Part shown: positions 26,376-36,525 of the stretch, in pieces
Position numbering within the stretch: position 1 is the first letter of the stretch
Layout of the letters: the number at the start of each line of letters is the position of its first letter
NCBI GenBank assembly: GCA_016930735.1
Contig: JAFGGF010000109.1
Coordinates: 1-42,469 of the forward strand
Direction of reading: 5' to 3'
Source: Prolixibacteraceae bacterium
Lineage (GTDB): Bacteria > Bacteroidota > Bacteroidia > Bacteroidales > Prolixibacteraceae
Length of the DNA: 42,469 nt
The notes under the pieces: model-generated
The model's input: the letters and a program-made list of their open reading frames with translations, nothing else
Told to the model about the DNA's origin: nothing
Databases searched by the model: none
Program-made: the position numbers and the translations under genes

Positions 26376-27482
26376 ATGGGATTTCCTTTTCCGTATAATA
26401 AAAAATTACCGGCTTTTCTTGTATCAGTCCTTTTCTTCTTGCAGGTGTGTAATGCACAGGAAGCAATCAGTTATTCGTACAACCGAGGAAAAATTGCAGA
26501 ACATAATCGGGCAATTGCAACCCTTTCATCGGGAACCGTTAACGGAATTACAGTTAATTATACCTTGCCGGGAAATCCGGGAAAATTGTGGCGTGGATTT
26601 TACAATTACCCCGATTTAGGGATCAGTTTTAACATGGAATCGTTTAACAGCCCCCGAATTGTTGGAAATTCTTATGCCTTAAGGGGATTCCTTTTTTTTT
26701 CATTTATTAAGCAAAAAAAGGTTTTTGACCTTGGATTAAAAACAGCCGTCGGACTGGGTTATTTATCGAAAATATCCGATCCGTTAACAAATCCCTTAAA
26801 CCAGGTCATTGGTTCACATCTCAATATTAACGGAGAAGCAAGGCTTTATACCAGATTAATTGCCAAACATTTTTATTTTGAATATTCTTTTGGATTTAAT
26901 CATTTTTCAAACGGACTTTTAAAAGCACCAAACCTTGGTATTAACCTGATGAACAGCAATTTTACCGTTGGAGGAAAACTGCTGAACCCGAAAGAACAAA
27001 ACATTCAGGTTCAGCCTGAAAAACTTCCGTTAATAAAAAATGAATACTGGGCATTTGTTTCGACCGGAATAAAAGAAATTGAAGGAGGCAATAAAAAATA
27101 TTCTTTTTCAGGATTATCGGTCAATTATTCAAAACAGGTTTCCAGGATCAATAAACTGGGTTTGGGATTCGATTTTTCTAATAATACTTCATTAACAACA
27201 TTAGCCAGGGAATTTCAGAATTATACAGGACAGAGAAACCTGAATTTCCGTTACGGTATTAATATTCACAATGAATTTTTGTTTGGAAATTTCGCTGCAT
27301 TCGGAGCATACGGACTTTACCTCGGAAGCACAGAATATTATTCTTCGAGGAGGTATTACAAAACCGGATTTAAATATTATTTCAAAAACATCGTCGGGAT
27401 TATTGTTATAAGGGCAATTCCTTTGTTTCGGGCTGAAGTAATTGAATTTGGAATCGGATACCGGCTTTTTGAGTCAAAATGA
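26376..27482 (+). CDS. Acyloxyacyl hydrolase / PagL-like lipid A deacylase family outer-membrane protein
   Basis: Signal peptide LPAFLVSVLFFLQVCNAQE. GFNHFSNGLLKAPNLGINL matches the H-x-S-N-G catalytic block of PagL-like proteins. Beta-barrel-like composition. Confidence 0.6.
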   Translation: MGFPFPYNKKLPAFLVSVLFFLQVCNAQEAISYSYNRGKIAEHNRAIATLSSGTVNGITVNYTLPGNPGKLWRGFYNYPDLGISFNMESFNSPRIVGNSYALRGFLFFSFIKQKKVFDLGLKTAVGLGYLSKISDPLTNPLNQVIGSHLNINGEARLYTRLIAKHFYFEYSFGFNHFSNGLLKAPNLGINLMNSNFTVGGKLLNPKEQNIQVQPEKLPLIKNEYWAFVSTGIKEIEGGNKKYSFSGLSVNYSKQVSRINKLGLGFDFSNNTSLTTLAREFQNYTGQRNLNFRYGINIHNEFLFGNFAAFGAYGLYLGSTEYYSSRRYYKTGFKYYFKNIVGIIVIRAIPLFRAEVIEFGIGYRLFESK

Positions 27483-27507
27483 TTCTCTTAAAATATGATT
27501 GGTATTC

Positions 27508-27570
27508 AATTCTGATGAATAGAAGTTTTGAAGAGCTCACCAAATAACATCAGAATTTTTTTTGTTTTTT
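27508..27570 (+). terminator. Possible terminator after the PagL-like gene
   Basis: A 10-bp stem aattctgatg / catcagaatt encloses a long 30-nt loop and is followed by tttttttgttttttt. The large loop lowers confidence. Confidence 0.4.
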
Positions 27571-27893
27571 TAGAACAAGTTAAAAAATTGTAAATCTAAA
27601 CCAACAATATATAATCTATGCAAGTCTTTGCTTTAAAGAGTATAAAATAAATCCAACCAAGAAGTAACGAAAAGTAAATGTATTTTATCGGTGCACCCTC
27701 ATAGGAACATGTATATTTTTTCTGTATTTTTAATTGTACTGTAAAATAACGATCGTTTTTATCATTGTACCTTTATAATACCAATTTATATGAAACAAAC
27801 ATAATAAACATTCACACACACAATACTCTAATTCCGTCACCTATCAGCATGCGAATTATTTATAATATTTCTAAAAACAAACAATTTTACCAA

Positions 27894-28943
27894 ATGAAAA
27901 AACCGGTTTTTAAAACATTGGGGAAATTGAGGTCCGGGTTGACACTTCTCCCTGTCCTTTTTTTCGTTCTTTCACAAATGACAAATTGCCGTTCCTCTGT
28001 TCAGGCAGAATCAGCATTAAAGAAAAAACAGGAAGAATTCAGTAGCTGGAAATATGGCATGTTCCTCCATTTTAATATGGCAACCTATATTGACAGGGAA
28101 TGGGCCACCGGGTATGAAGATCCGATGCTGTTTAATCCGGTTAACCTCGATTGCGGGCAGTGGACCGAAGTGATCAAATCGGCAGGAATGAAATATGCAG
28201 TTTTTACAGCCAAACACACCGGCGGCTGGTGTTTGTGGGACAGCAAATACACTACCCACGATATTACCGCATTCAGGAACTATAAAAACGGAAAGGGAGA
28301 TATTGTAAAGGAATTTGTCGATGCCTGCCGCGAAAAAGGTATAAAAGTCGGTTTATATTACTGCCTGCCAGGCGATTATTCCTATTCCTACGGGAATTCA
28401 CTCGAACCCGGACAAAAAGATTTCCACGGCCTGCCACCGGAAGCCGAAGGTGATTTTGAAGGATTTATTGAGAAACAGGTAACTGAGTTGCTGACCGGCT
28501 ATGGAAAGATCGATTTAATGTGGTTCGACCAGTATTCAAATAAATATACCGGAAACAATTGGCTGCAATTAAAAACACTGGTACATAAACTGCAGCCCGA
28601 ATGTATTGTAATTGCAAATAATGCCGATAATTATACAGATTCAGATATTATCGGGTATGAATATCCCTGGAGGATTCAGGCCAATCCTGAGACTGCCATT
28701 CCACCTCAGGAGAATACAAATGTTTCAGAGTTGTGTGACTGTATCGATGCAAACGGAATCTGGTTCTGGCATACCGGTGAAATAAAACTCCTGGAAGCAG
28801 AAGATGTTGCTGCAAGATTAAAACAGTTCAATGAAAGGAAAACAAACCTTCTGCTTGATGTTCCACCTGACAGAAATGGATTAATTGATTCCGTTTATAT
28901 TAAACACTTGGCTACCATTAAACAATTAGCTTTAAATTTTTAA
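27894..28943 (+). CDS. Glycoside hydrolase family 29 alpha-L-fucosidase, lipoprotein
   Basis: WKYGMFLHFNMATY, FTAKHTGGWCLWDS (the KHHDGF-LW-S-like block) and IDLMWFD (nucleophile Asp region). The ATG at 27894 gives MKKPVFKTLGKLRSGLTLLPVLFFVLSQMTNC (lipobox). The track start at 27765 is unlikely. Confidence 0.72.
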   Translation: MKKPVFKTLGKLRSGLTLLPVLFFVLSQMTNCRSSVQAESALKKKQEEFSSWKYGMFLHFNMATYIDREWATGYEDPMLFNPVNLDCGQWTEVIKSAGMKYAVFTAKHTGGWCLWDSKYTTHDITAFRNYKNGKGDIVKEFVDACREKGIKVGLYYCLPGDYSYSYGNSLEPGQKDFHGLPPEAEGDFEGFIEKQVTELLTGYGKIDLMWFDQYSNKYTGNNWLQLKTLVHKLQPECIVIANNADNYTDSDIIGYEYPWRIQANPETAIPPQENTNVSELCDCIDANGIWFWHTGEIKLLEAEDVAARLKQFNERKTNLLLDVPPDRNGLIDSVYIKHLATIKQLALNF

Positions 28944-29154
28944 TTGATTATCGAAAGAATAAACAGGCTGATTTTTTTGTAGTTTCCTGAATCATAAAAA
29001 CTTGATGCTCATACTTAAATCCACGCCAATCCGATTGCTATTGGGTTATTATTAATGTACTGAAAGATTTGAAGAAAAATAATTCCACATCCTCTTGACT
29101 GATTTGTCAACTCCCCACTATTTTAAGAGAATTAAATGGAGATTGGATAAACAA

Positions 29155-31257
29155 TCAATCAATCTGATTGCTAATCCCTCCGTATTTTTTCAGGTTTCTT
29201 TGGTATATTTCCTTTTGCTGAGCCAATAATTCACGAAACCGGGTATCTGAACGTAAAAAATTATAAATTGGATTATACATCATTTCGATATAATTAGACC
29301 TTTCAGAATCTTTAACACGTTCAAAATAATTTTCCATTAAATTAACAGCCATATTATTCATCTGTAAAATCAGGCAAATCCTCATTCTATTTTCAGAATG
29401 GAGATTTACTGCCAGGGCTTTTTCTTTTTCATTGCCATAGGCTAAAAATACTGCCTTTAAAAACTGATTATCCTGTGTTGCCGGGAAATACTGATTATAA
29501 AGGGCACCCCATTTTAGAGCTTCTTTATTTTCTTTCATCTGAAGCAACAACAAAATATAATTCAGCAGATATTTCGGATCGTTTGGCTCCAGATTTAATG
29601 CTTCTCTGTAATATGTTTTGGATTTTTCCATTTGCCCTAAATGATTGTAGATATTTGCCACATAATAATAATTTTTGGCATCGTACGGATCCAGTTTAAT
29701 ACACCGGTCATAATAACCCAGGGCAATTTCTTTTAATCCAATGTTGTCGAAACAAATTCCCATGGCACTGATGTTTTCCGGATCGTTATTATCAAGTTCC
29801 ACCGCCTTTTTTATGTATTCAAATTTTTTATCGATCTGATTTCTTGCACCGTAAATCCAGCCTAAAACCCTGTTGACATCAGCAGAATTTTTATCCAGAT
29901 CATATGCAATATTAATATATTTTTCCTGGAGATTTAAACATCTCATTCTTTCAACATCGCTTAAAACCTGCGTATTCCAATATGTATTGTACAAATCTGC
30001 CAGCCCTGCATATGCCGGCGCATAAGTTGAATCAAGCTCAATTGCTTTTAAAAACATACTTTCCGATTCTTTAAAATCCATAATATTTGCAGATGACCAG
30101 AATTTGTTTCTGTGTATAAACTGGGCTTTCAAAAAATATTCATATGCTTTAATATCAGGAGTACTCTTTGATTTAATAAGATTCTCTTCATCCAGCGAAA
30201 GCTTTTTATACAAAGTGTCTGCGATCGATTTTGCTATGTCATCCTGAATAATAAATAATTCTTTGTCTTCCCTGTCGTATTCTTCAGCCCAGATGTGAGA
30301 TCCATCCAGGGTTTTTACCAATTGGGCTGTAATCCTTATCCTGTTTCCATATTTTCTTATGCTGCCTTCAAGAATATTATTAACATTCAGTTCTTTCCCG
30401 ATTTCAGGTATTGTTTTATCAGATCCCTTAAATTTCATTGTCGATGTTCTGGCAATCACTTTTAAAGTACCTAACCGGGCCAGGTTTGTAATGATCTGCT
30501 CTGTGGTCCCGTCGCAAAAATATTCCTGATCGCCTTCTGAACTTAAATCAACAAACGGAAGTACTGCAACCGAATTAGCCCATTCCTGATTTTCAACCTG
30601 AATTTTATTTTCACTAAAAAATCTGTCTGAAAATTTTATTCCAAGAAAAACAGAGGTTATTACAAACAGTATCAAAACAATGAAAAGAATATAATTTTTA
30701 AAGACCTTAAATGATTTTTTCAATGGGCTAACTTCAAGCCACTCAAATTCGACAATATAAATTGTGACTCGCTTTTTAATGTTTTTAAGTTTTTTCTTTT
30801 CAATTTTTGCCAGAGAAAAATCAATTTTATTCTGAACCTGTCTTGCAACATCTTCGGAAACACAAATACCACCAATCGGAGCATATGCTTCAATCCTTGA
30901 AGCAATATTTACTCCATCGCCAAGTACATTTTTGCCTTTGGGCACAACATCGCTTAAGTGAATACCGATCCTTATTTTAATTTGATTTTTTTCAGGGACT
31001 TTCAGATTTCTTTTCCAGAGCCCTTTCTGGATTTCAATAGCACAATTAACAGCGTCCAGGACACTTGCAAATTCAACCAAAAAAGCATCTCCAACGGTTT
31101 CAACTTCACGCCCGTCGTGCTGTTGGAAAAAAAACCGCAATATTTGCCTGTGTTCCTCCAGCAAATCAAGTGCAAATGCCTCGTCTTCCTGAGTCAGGGC
31201 ACTGTAGCCTACCATATCGGTAAACATAATTGCTGCCAATCGACGTTTTTCCTGCAT
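29155..31257 (-). CDS. Class III adenylate/guanylate cyclase (N-terminal catalytic domain) - TM - TolB-N-like domain - TPR repeats
   Basis: RLAAIMFTDMVGYS and ETVGDAFLVEF carry the metal-binding Asp residues. IRIGIHLSDVV and GDGVNIASRIE carry the Asn/Arg. One TM helix, ILFIVLILFVITSVFLGI. SVAVLPFVDLSSEGDQEYFCDGTTEQIITNLARL is the TolB-like module. Multiple TPR-like repeats follow in the C-terminal 300 aa. Confidence 0.85.
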   Translation of the reverse strand: MQEKRRLAAIMFTDMVGYSALTQEDEAFALDLLEEHRQILRFFFQQHDGREVETVGDAFLVEFASVLDAVNCAIEIQKGLWKRNLKVPEKNQIKIRIGIHLSDVVPKGKNVLGDGVNIASRIEAYAPIGGICVSEDVARQVQNKIDFSLAKIEKKKLKNIKKRVTIYIVEFEWLEVSPLKKSFKVFKNYILFIVLILFVITSVFLGIKFSDRFFSENKIQVENQEWANSVAVLPFVDLSSEGDQEYFCDGTTEQIITNLARLGTLKVIARTSTMKFKGSDKTIPEIGKELNVNNILEGSIRKYGNRIRITAQLVKTLDGSHIWAEEYDREDKELFIIQDDIAKSIADTLYKKLSLDEENLIKSKSTPDIKAYEYFLKAQFIHRNKFWSSANIMDFKESESMFLKAIELDSTYAPAYAGLADLYNTYWNTQVLSDVERMRCLNLQEKYINIAYDLDKNSADVNRVLGWIYGARNQIDKKFEYIKKAVELDNNDPENISAMGICFDNIGLKEIALGYYDRCIKLDPYDAKNYYYVANIYNHLGQMEKSKTYYREALNLEPNDPKYLLNYILLLLQMKENKEALKWGALYNQYFPATQDNQFLKAVFLAYGNEKEKALAVNLHSENRMRICLILQMNNMAVNLMENYFERVKDSERSNYIEMMYNPIYNFLRSDTRFRELLAQQKEIYQRNLKKYGGISNQID

Positions 31258-31510
31258 TTGCCTGATTATTAATAACTAAACTACTCTTTTAATATTGATC
31301 TTACACAAATAATGTTCTGCTAAATTAAATATTATTTCTAAATCATTTAAAAGAATTGAAATACTGAACCAATAATAAACAGGGATTATTTTAAAATGAT
31401 TAATATAAAAGAATAAATCTCCCCATTATTCATTTTTACCCAAAATAAAATTCATTCCCCGTTTTTTCTACTATTTTTAACCAATAATGAATTGTGCCTA
31501 ACCAGCTAAA

Positions 31511-34138
31511 ATGAAAAAACTAATAACTTTCACTTTATTAATTATTAGCCTGACATCCTTTTCTCAGGAAATAAAATTTCGTGAATACACAACCCAAAAA
31601 CAGGAAAATGCCAATATTACTATCGACGGGCAATTTAACGAACCGGCCTGGCAATTGGCAAACTGGGACGGCGATTTTATCCAGTACAGTCCATACGAAG
31701 GGAAACCACCTTACCAGCAAACCGAATTTGCCATAATCTACGATAAAAACAACATTTATTTAGCTATTAAAGCGCTGGATAATAATCCCGACAGCATTGT
31801 TACCAGGATGACCCGACGCGATTATGCCGAAGGTGATATCCTGAGCATCAACCTCGATTCGTATAACGACAAACGTACAGCCTTTGGTTTTAACGTTTCG
31901 GCTGCCGGTGTTAAAACTGATGTAACCCACAGCGATAATGTTACAGAAGACAATACCTGGGATCCGATCTGGTTTGTTAAAACTGCATTTACTGAAGAAG
32001 GCTGGAATGCCGAAATAGCCATCCCCCTGACTCAATTGCGGTTTGATGAAAGCGAGAATCAAACCTGGGGAATGCAGATCACAAGGTATATTTTCCGGAA
32101 CGATGAGATTTCAATCTGGCAACCCATGAAACGTGATCAGGCTGCCTATATCGCTAATTTTGGAAAACTGAAAGGAATTTCCGGCATAAAACCTAAAAAT
32201 GTCCTCGATATAATACCTTACGCTGTTGCCCGATTGGAAACATTTGAAAAAAATCCTGAAAATCCTTTCCGGTCGGAAGGATTTAAAACAGGTTTCAACG
32301 CCGGACTTGATGCCAAGGTCGGATTGACCAATTATCTTACAATGGATTTAACAATCAATCCTGATTTTGGACAGGTTGAAGCCGATCCTTCGGTTATAAA
32401 TCTTTCAACCTATGAGACTTACTATCAGGAGAAGAGGCCTTTTTTTATTGAAGGGAAAAATATTCTTAATTACAAACTCGATATTGGTGATGGAGAATGG
32501 ATAAGAGATATGCTTTTTTATTCCAGAAGAATTGGACGCCGGCCGAATTACGAACCGGTACTGAACCAGGATGAATATAATGAAGCACCTGAATTTACCC
32601 GAATCCTCGGAGCAGCCAAGATTTCCGGCAAAACAAAAAACGGGTGGTCAATCGGTTTGCTTGAAAGTGTCATATCGGAAGAAAATGCCGAAATACGCAG
32701 CATCAACGAAAGTCGGACACAGGTAGTTGAACCGATGACTAATTACCTGATTGGACGGATTCAAAAAGATTTTAATGATGGAAATTCTTATATAGGAGGA
32801 ATAGCAACTGCTGTAAACCGCGACATTAATGATCCTCTTCTCGATTTTTTACATAAAAGTGCCTTTAGCGGGGGAGTTGACTGGATGCACCGCTGGAACA
32901 ATCAAAAATGGCGGATGATCGGTGGGCTTTATTTCAGCCGGGTGAATGGCAGTACAAATGCCATCTCTCTCACACAAAAAGCTTATATCAGAAACTTCCA
33001 ACGGCCCGATGCCGATTACCTTGAATATGATTCCACAAGAACTTCGCTGAGTGGATATGGTGGAAAATTTGATATAAGTAAAATCGGGGGTAAACTTAAA
33101 TTCGGAGCTTCTCTTACATGGAAATCACCGGGGCTGGAAATAAACGATGTGGGATTTGCCCAGCAGGTCGATCGTATAACTGAGTCAACCTGGATCAATT
33201 ATCAGATTTATAATCCCTTTTTTATCTTCAGAACCGTTACTTTAAATGCCAGTGAATTTGTACTCTGGGATTTTGGTGGAAATAAAAACATGCTCGGAGT
33301 TGTAGCAAACGGAAGTGTCCAGTTTAAAAATTACTGGAATGCCTCTGCATCTTTTCAGTACAATGGTGAGCAACTGTTCAGCACAACGATGAGAGGAGGG
33401 CCTGCATTAAAAAATCCCGCTTACAATACTTTGCAAATGAGTCTTTTAACTAATCCACAAAAAAAATTAACGTTTCAAATATTTGGTGAAGGAAATATCA
33501 GTTTAGAAAAAGATTACAGTAAAAGTGTGAGCACAAGCCTGAATATTGGTTTCCGACCAATCGATGCATTACGTTTTGATATAACTCCGGGGATGTATTT
33601 GTCAAATAACGAACTTCAGTATGTAACGCAAAAAAATTACAACAGCGATATGCGTTATATTTTTGCACGCATCAGGCAAAATACACTGAACATGTCTTTC
33701 AGGATCGATTGCAGCATAACTCCCGATTTTTCAATCCAGTACTGGGGGCAACCTTTTATTGCAACGGGTAAATATTCCGATTATAAATTTATAATCGACA
33801 GTAAGGCCAAAAAAACATATGACCGCTTTCAGTTTTACAACCAGCAGCAAATCGGTTTTAATAATCAATGGAATGTTTTTACCATAGATGATAATATTGA
33901 TGGAATTACGGATTATTATATAAATAAACCAGACTTTAATGTAAAAACTTTTCTTTCGAATATGGTGTTACGCTGGGAGTATCTCCCCGGATCAACTCTT
34001 TACCTGGTCTGGTCGCAATCGCGTAATGCTTATGTCAACAACGGATCGTTTGATTTTACCAGAGATATTAAAAGCCTGTATCATCAGCCGGCTGATAATA
34101 TTTTCCTTGTCAAGCTTTCCTATCGGTTCGGAAGATAA
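31511..34138 (+). CDS. Large exported protein with an N-terminal CBM9/DOMON-like domain and a DUF5916-type beta-barrel
   Basis: Signal peptide MKKLITFTLLIISLTSFSQ. ITIDGQFNEPAWQLANW...FIQYSPYEGK, then a long beta-rich region ending VKLSYRFGR. The size (875 aa) and layout fit the Bacteroidota 'carbohydrate binding family 9 domain-containing protein' class. Recognised from memory only. Confidence 0.55.
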   Translation: MKKLITFTLLIISLTSFSQEIKFREYTTQKQENANITIDGQFNEPAWQLANWDGDFIQYSPYEGKPPYQQTEFAIIYDKNNIYLAIKALDNNPDSIVTRMTRRDYAEGDILSINLDSYNDKRTAFGFNVSAAGVKTDVTHSDNVTEDNTWDPIWFVKTAFTEEGWNAEIAIPLTQLRFDESENQTWGMQITRYIFRNDEISIWQPMKRDQAAYIANFGKLKGISGIKPKNVLDIIPYAVARLETFEKNPENPFRSEGFKTGFNAGLDAKVGLTNYLTMDLTINPDFGQVEADPSVINLSTYETYYQEKRPFFIEGKNILNYKLDIGDGEWIRDMLFYSRRIGRRPNYEPVLNQDEYNEAPEFTRILGAAKISGKTKNGWSIGLLESVISEENAEIRSINESRTQVVEPMTNYLIGRIQKDFNDGNSYIGGIATAVNRDINDPLLDFLHKSAFSGGVDWMHRWNNQKWRMIGGLYFSRVNGSTNAISLTQKAYIRNFQRPDADYLEYDSTRTSLSGYGGKFDISKIGGKLKFGASLTWKSPGLEINDVGFAQQVDRITESTWINYQIYNPFFIFRTVTLNASEFVLWDFGGNKNMLGVVANGSVQFKNYWNASASFQYNGEQLFSTTMRGGPALKNPAYNTLQMSLLTNPQKKLTFQIFGEGNISLEKDYSKSVSTSLNIGFRPIDALRFDITPGMYLSNNELQYVTQKNYNSDMRYIFARIRQNTLNMSFRIDCSITPDFSIQYWGQPFIATGKYSDYKFIIDSKAKKTYDRFQFYNQQQIGFNNQWNVFTIDDNIDGITDYYINKPDFNVKTFLSNMVLRWEYLPGSTLYLVWSQSRNAYVNNGSFDFTRDIKSLYHQPADNIFLVKLSYRFGR

Positions 34139-34150
34139 ATAATTCAGATT

Positions 34151-35122
34151 TTACAACCGGAATGTCCTGGAAACGATAAACGTTAATCCAACACCTGCCC
34201 CCAATTGTGTACCTTTAAAATATTGATAAACGGGAACATCGGTCATTGCCGATAAATACCATTTTTCTTTTATTACATAGTTGATTTGCGGAGTAATAAA
34301 AAACAGGTTGCTCCCTGAAGATTCCTTTTTGACTCCTTCAATTTTATCAACTCCCCTGAACTCATTCCGCACCTGCAGGATGGTAGTCCAGTCGCCTTTC
34401 AACCTCGGGAACATCAGGTGCTTTGAAATATATACCGAGGTAAATACTGCAGTTCCCAGGCGATAGTCTTTTTTATTCGGAGCATTGGATTCAACCCGGC
34501 TGGTAAAAAAATACCGCATCCCGGTACCTGAGTTTTCTTTCACAAAAATGGCATTCATTACTGTACCATATGCCCCGATAGTTGGTTGTACCTCTACAGG
34601 CAATTGTACATTTTTTACATACTGAGGATTTCGTGAACCGGGGATTTTCAGACCCAGCCCGCCTGTTAAATAAATCCTTTTAACCGGGTCGGTAAAAAGG
34701 CTGTGTTTTGCCAGTAAAACAAAATTGGAAATCCCTTTCCCGGTTAATTTGTAAATTGGATCCAGATTATATTCCTGGCTTTTATTAAAAAAATACCCGG
34801 TTTCAAGTTCAAGAGTAAGTTTATAAGTTAATCCATAACCAATTGATGTCGAGACATAATTATAGAATGCCCTGTTTATCAGATTAAAGTCGGCATGTTT
34901 ATTCTTCTCATAGTATCGGTTCCCCTGCCCGAACTTATAAAAAGTAATGACCCTAAGTGATTTTTTTTCCAGCACCAGGAGATTATCAGTCCCACCCACC
35001 GGATTTACAGAACTTAAACATTGTGACCTTGTCAATACAGGGAAAAGGACGAATACGATTATAGCAATATATTTTCTATTCAATAACAACAATATCAATG
35101 GTTTTAGTTTCTGACTGATCAT
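34151..35122 (-). CDS. Outer-membrane beta-barrel protein, function unknown (third gene of the FISUMP operon)
   Basis: Signal-like N-terminus ...NRKYIAIIVFVLFPVLTRSQ. Alternating beta pattern with a C-terminal ...GLTFIVSRTFRL. The ATG at 35122 overlaps the upstream gene by 47 nt. An alternative TTG at 35083 (MNRKYIAII...) would overlap by 8 nt. Confidence 0.6.
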   Translation of the reverse strand: MISQKLKPLILLLLNRKYIAIIVFVLFPVLTRSQCLSSVNPVGGTDNLLVLEKKSLRVITFYKFGQGNRYYEKNKHADFNLINRAFYNYVSTSIGYGLTYKLTLELETGYFFNKSQEYNLDPIYKLTGKGISNFVLLAKHSLFTDPVKRIYLTGGLGLKIPGSRNPQYVKNVQLPVEVQPTIGAYGTVMNAIFVKENSGTGMRYFFTSRVESNAPNKKDYRLGTAVFTSVYISKHLMFPRLKGDWTTILQVRNEFRGVDKIEGVKKESSGSNLFFITPQINYVIKEKWYLSAMTDVPVYQYFKGTQLGAGVGLTFIVSRTFRL

Positions 35123-35429
35123 TTTTATCGATTACCTCACATGTAACCTGGTTAGTTCCCACATGGCAACGTGAAGATGCATAAATCACTTCTGACCCGG
35201 AACCCAGCAGGTCGCCTTTTGTAGCTGACCATAAAAACTCAAGGTCCGAACCGGTGGCTATAGCTTTTATTAAAGTAGTATCGCCTGAAAAAAGTGTGTC
35301 TTTTTCTGCTTCAAGCGATATAAAATTCAATTCCTGAACAGGGCCTGTTTCTTCCGGATCATTTTCACCACAACCGAAGTGGAGGATTAACAGAAATAAT
35401 CCAATTCCATATAAAATCTTTTTATTCAT
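35076..35429 (-). CDS. Small lipoprotein with an Ig-like/all-beta domain, function unknown
   Basis: MNKKILYGIGLFLLILHFGC has a lipobox. The rest (ISLEAEKDTLFSGDTTLIKAIATGSDLEFLWSATKGDL...VTCEVIDKNDQSETKTIDIVV) reads like a single Ig/PKD-like beta sandwich. It overlaps the upstream gene by 8 nt. Confidence 0.6.
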   Translation of the reverse strand: MNKKILYGIGLFLLILHFGCGENDPEETGPVQELNFISLEAEKDTLFSGDTTLIKAIATGSDLEFLWSATKGDLLGSGSEVIYASSRCHVGTNQVTCEVIDKNDQSETKTIDIVVIE

Positions 35430-36525
35430 CTTTTATACATCTTACTGAAAAACCATAATTTTTAGTGAATGTATTCCATCTCCCTACATCATTTGCATTG
35501 ATATCGAGGCACCTTCTCCATGCATAATTGCCGTATTCAGTCGAAGTCCATAGATATTCCACCTGCCCTATTAAACTGTAACCTCCTGAAGGCAACCTCC
35601 TTCCTGACAACATGGCGTCGAAACCGGTACTGCCGCCTTCTTTTAATTTTGTTCCAACATCGGTACCCCTCCACTTATTTATCATCTGAGCTTCTTCCTC
35701 CGTCATTCCCAGATACATTTCCAGTACCATGTATTCTTCATCGCTGGGAATATGCCATCCATCAGGGCATATGCCCTGTGCTCTCTCCTCAACAGATCCA
35801 TTCATTGCAACATTCCAGTCGTAAAGCCTTCCATAGGTTCTTACAAACGAAGTATCATTCCTGTATGAATAACCATCTATTTCAGAGCTATCCGGGGCAC
35901 AGGTTACCCTTAAGTTTTCCTTCATCCAGGTTTGGGTACCAATTCGGACTGTTGCATATACATTCCCGCTAACATCGGTTAAACGATCGGTTAAAATAAT
36001 GGTGTCCATTTTTGTATTCCCAGCATCATCAGTAACTGTTAGTATATAAGTACCGGCCATTAATCCTGAAATATTTTGCGTTGTTTCACCATTCGACCAT
36101 AAAAAACTCAGCGGCAAATATCCTCCGGTAACAGTTGTGTTGATGCTACCGTCGGAAGCACCGGTTTCCGATGGGTTGTTTGTTTCAAATTGAACCTCTA
36201 TGTCTTCCGGGGCAGGTTCAATAACGACAAAAGTATCTTTTGCCTGTTGCCCCACAGAATCGATTACCGAAACATAATAAAAGCCTAAACTCAATCCATC
36301 TATATCTTCTGTTGTTTGATTATTTGACCACAAAAAAGCATAAGGCTTTAAGCCACCTGTTACGATTAAATCGATTGCACCATCATTCCCACCATAAACA
36401 CTTACATGTGTTACAGTACCACTTAAAACCAAAGGTGGATATGTTTCAAACAGTTCTTCCTGACATCTGATAAAAATGATTATCGTTATCAGAATTATTC
36501 CTGTAAGGATAATTTTATTTCTCAT
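35422..36525 (-). CDS. Lipoprotein with two SprB-type repeats and a C-terminal FISUMP domain (Fibrobacter succinogenes major paralogous domain)
   Basis: The ATG at 36525 gives MRNKIILTGIILITIIIFIRC (lipobox). SprB repeats: GGNDGAIDLIVTGGLKPYAFLWSNNQTTEDIDGLSLGFYYVSV and GASDGSINTTVTGGYLPLSFLWSNGETTQNISGLMAGTYILTV. FISUMP motifs: IGTQTWMKENL, YGRLYDW, CPDGWHIPS, LWTSTE, GFSVRCIKD. Confidence 0.8.
   Translation of the reverse strand: MRNKIILTGIILITIIIFIRCQEELFETYPPLVLSGTVTHVSVYGGNDGAIDLIVTGGLKPYAFLWSNNQTTEDIDGLSLGFYYVSVIDSVGQQAKDTFVVIEPAPEDIEVQFETNNPSETGASDGSINTTVTGGYLPLSFLWSNGETTQNISGLMAGTYILTVTDDAGNTKMDTIILTDRLTDVSGNVYATVRIGTQTWMKENLRVTCAPDSSEIDGYSYRNDTSFVRTYGRLYDWNVAMNGSVEERAQGICPDGWHIPSDEEYMVLEMYLGMTEEEAQMINKWRGTDVGTKLKEGGSTGFDAMLSGRRLPSGGYSLIGQVEYLWTSTEYGNYAWRRCLDINANDVGRWNTFTKNYGFSVRCIKDE

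Noticed and set aside
29020-29175. Recurring gattgcta motif (ccgattgctatt / ctgattgctaat) between the convergent fucosidase and cyclase genes
   Set aside because: Only about 8 nt are shared, one copy is inside the cyclase coding sequence, and there is no surrounding symmetry. It is most likely chance.
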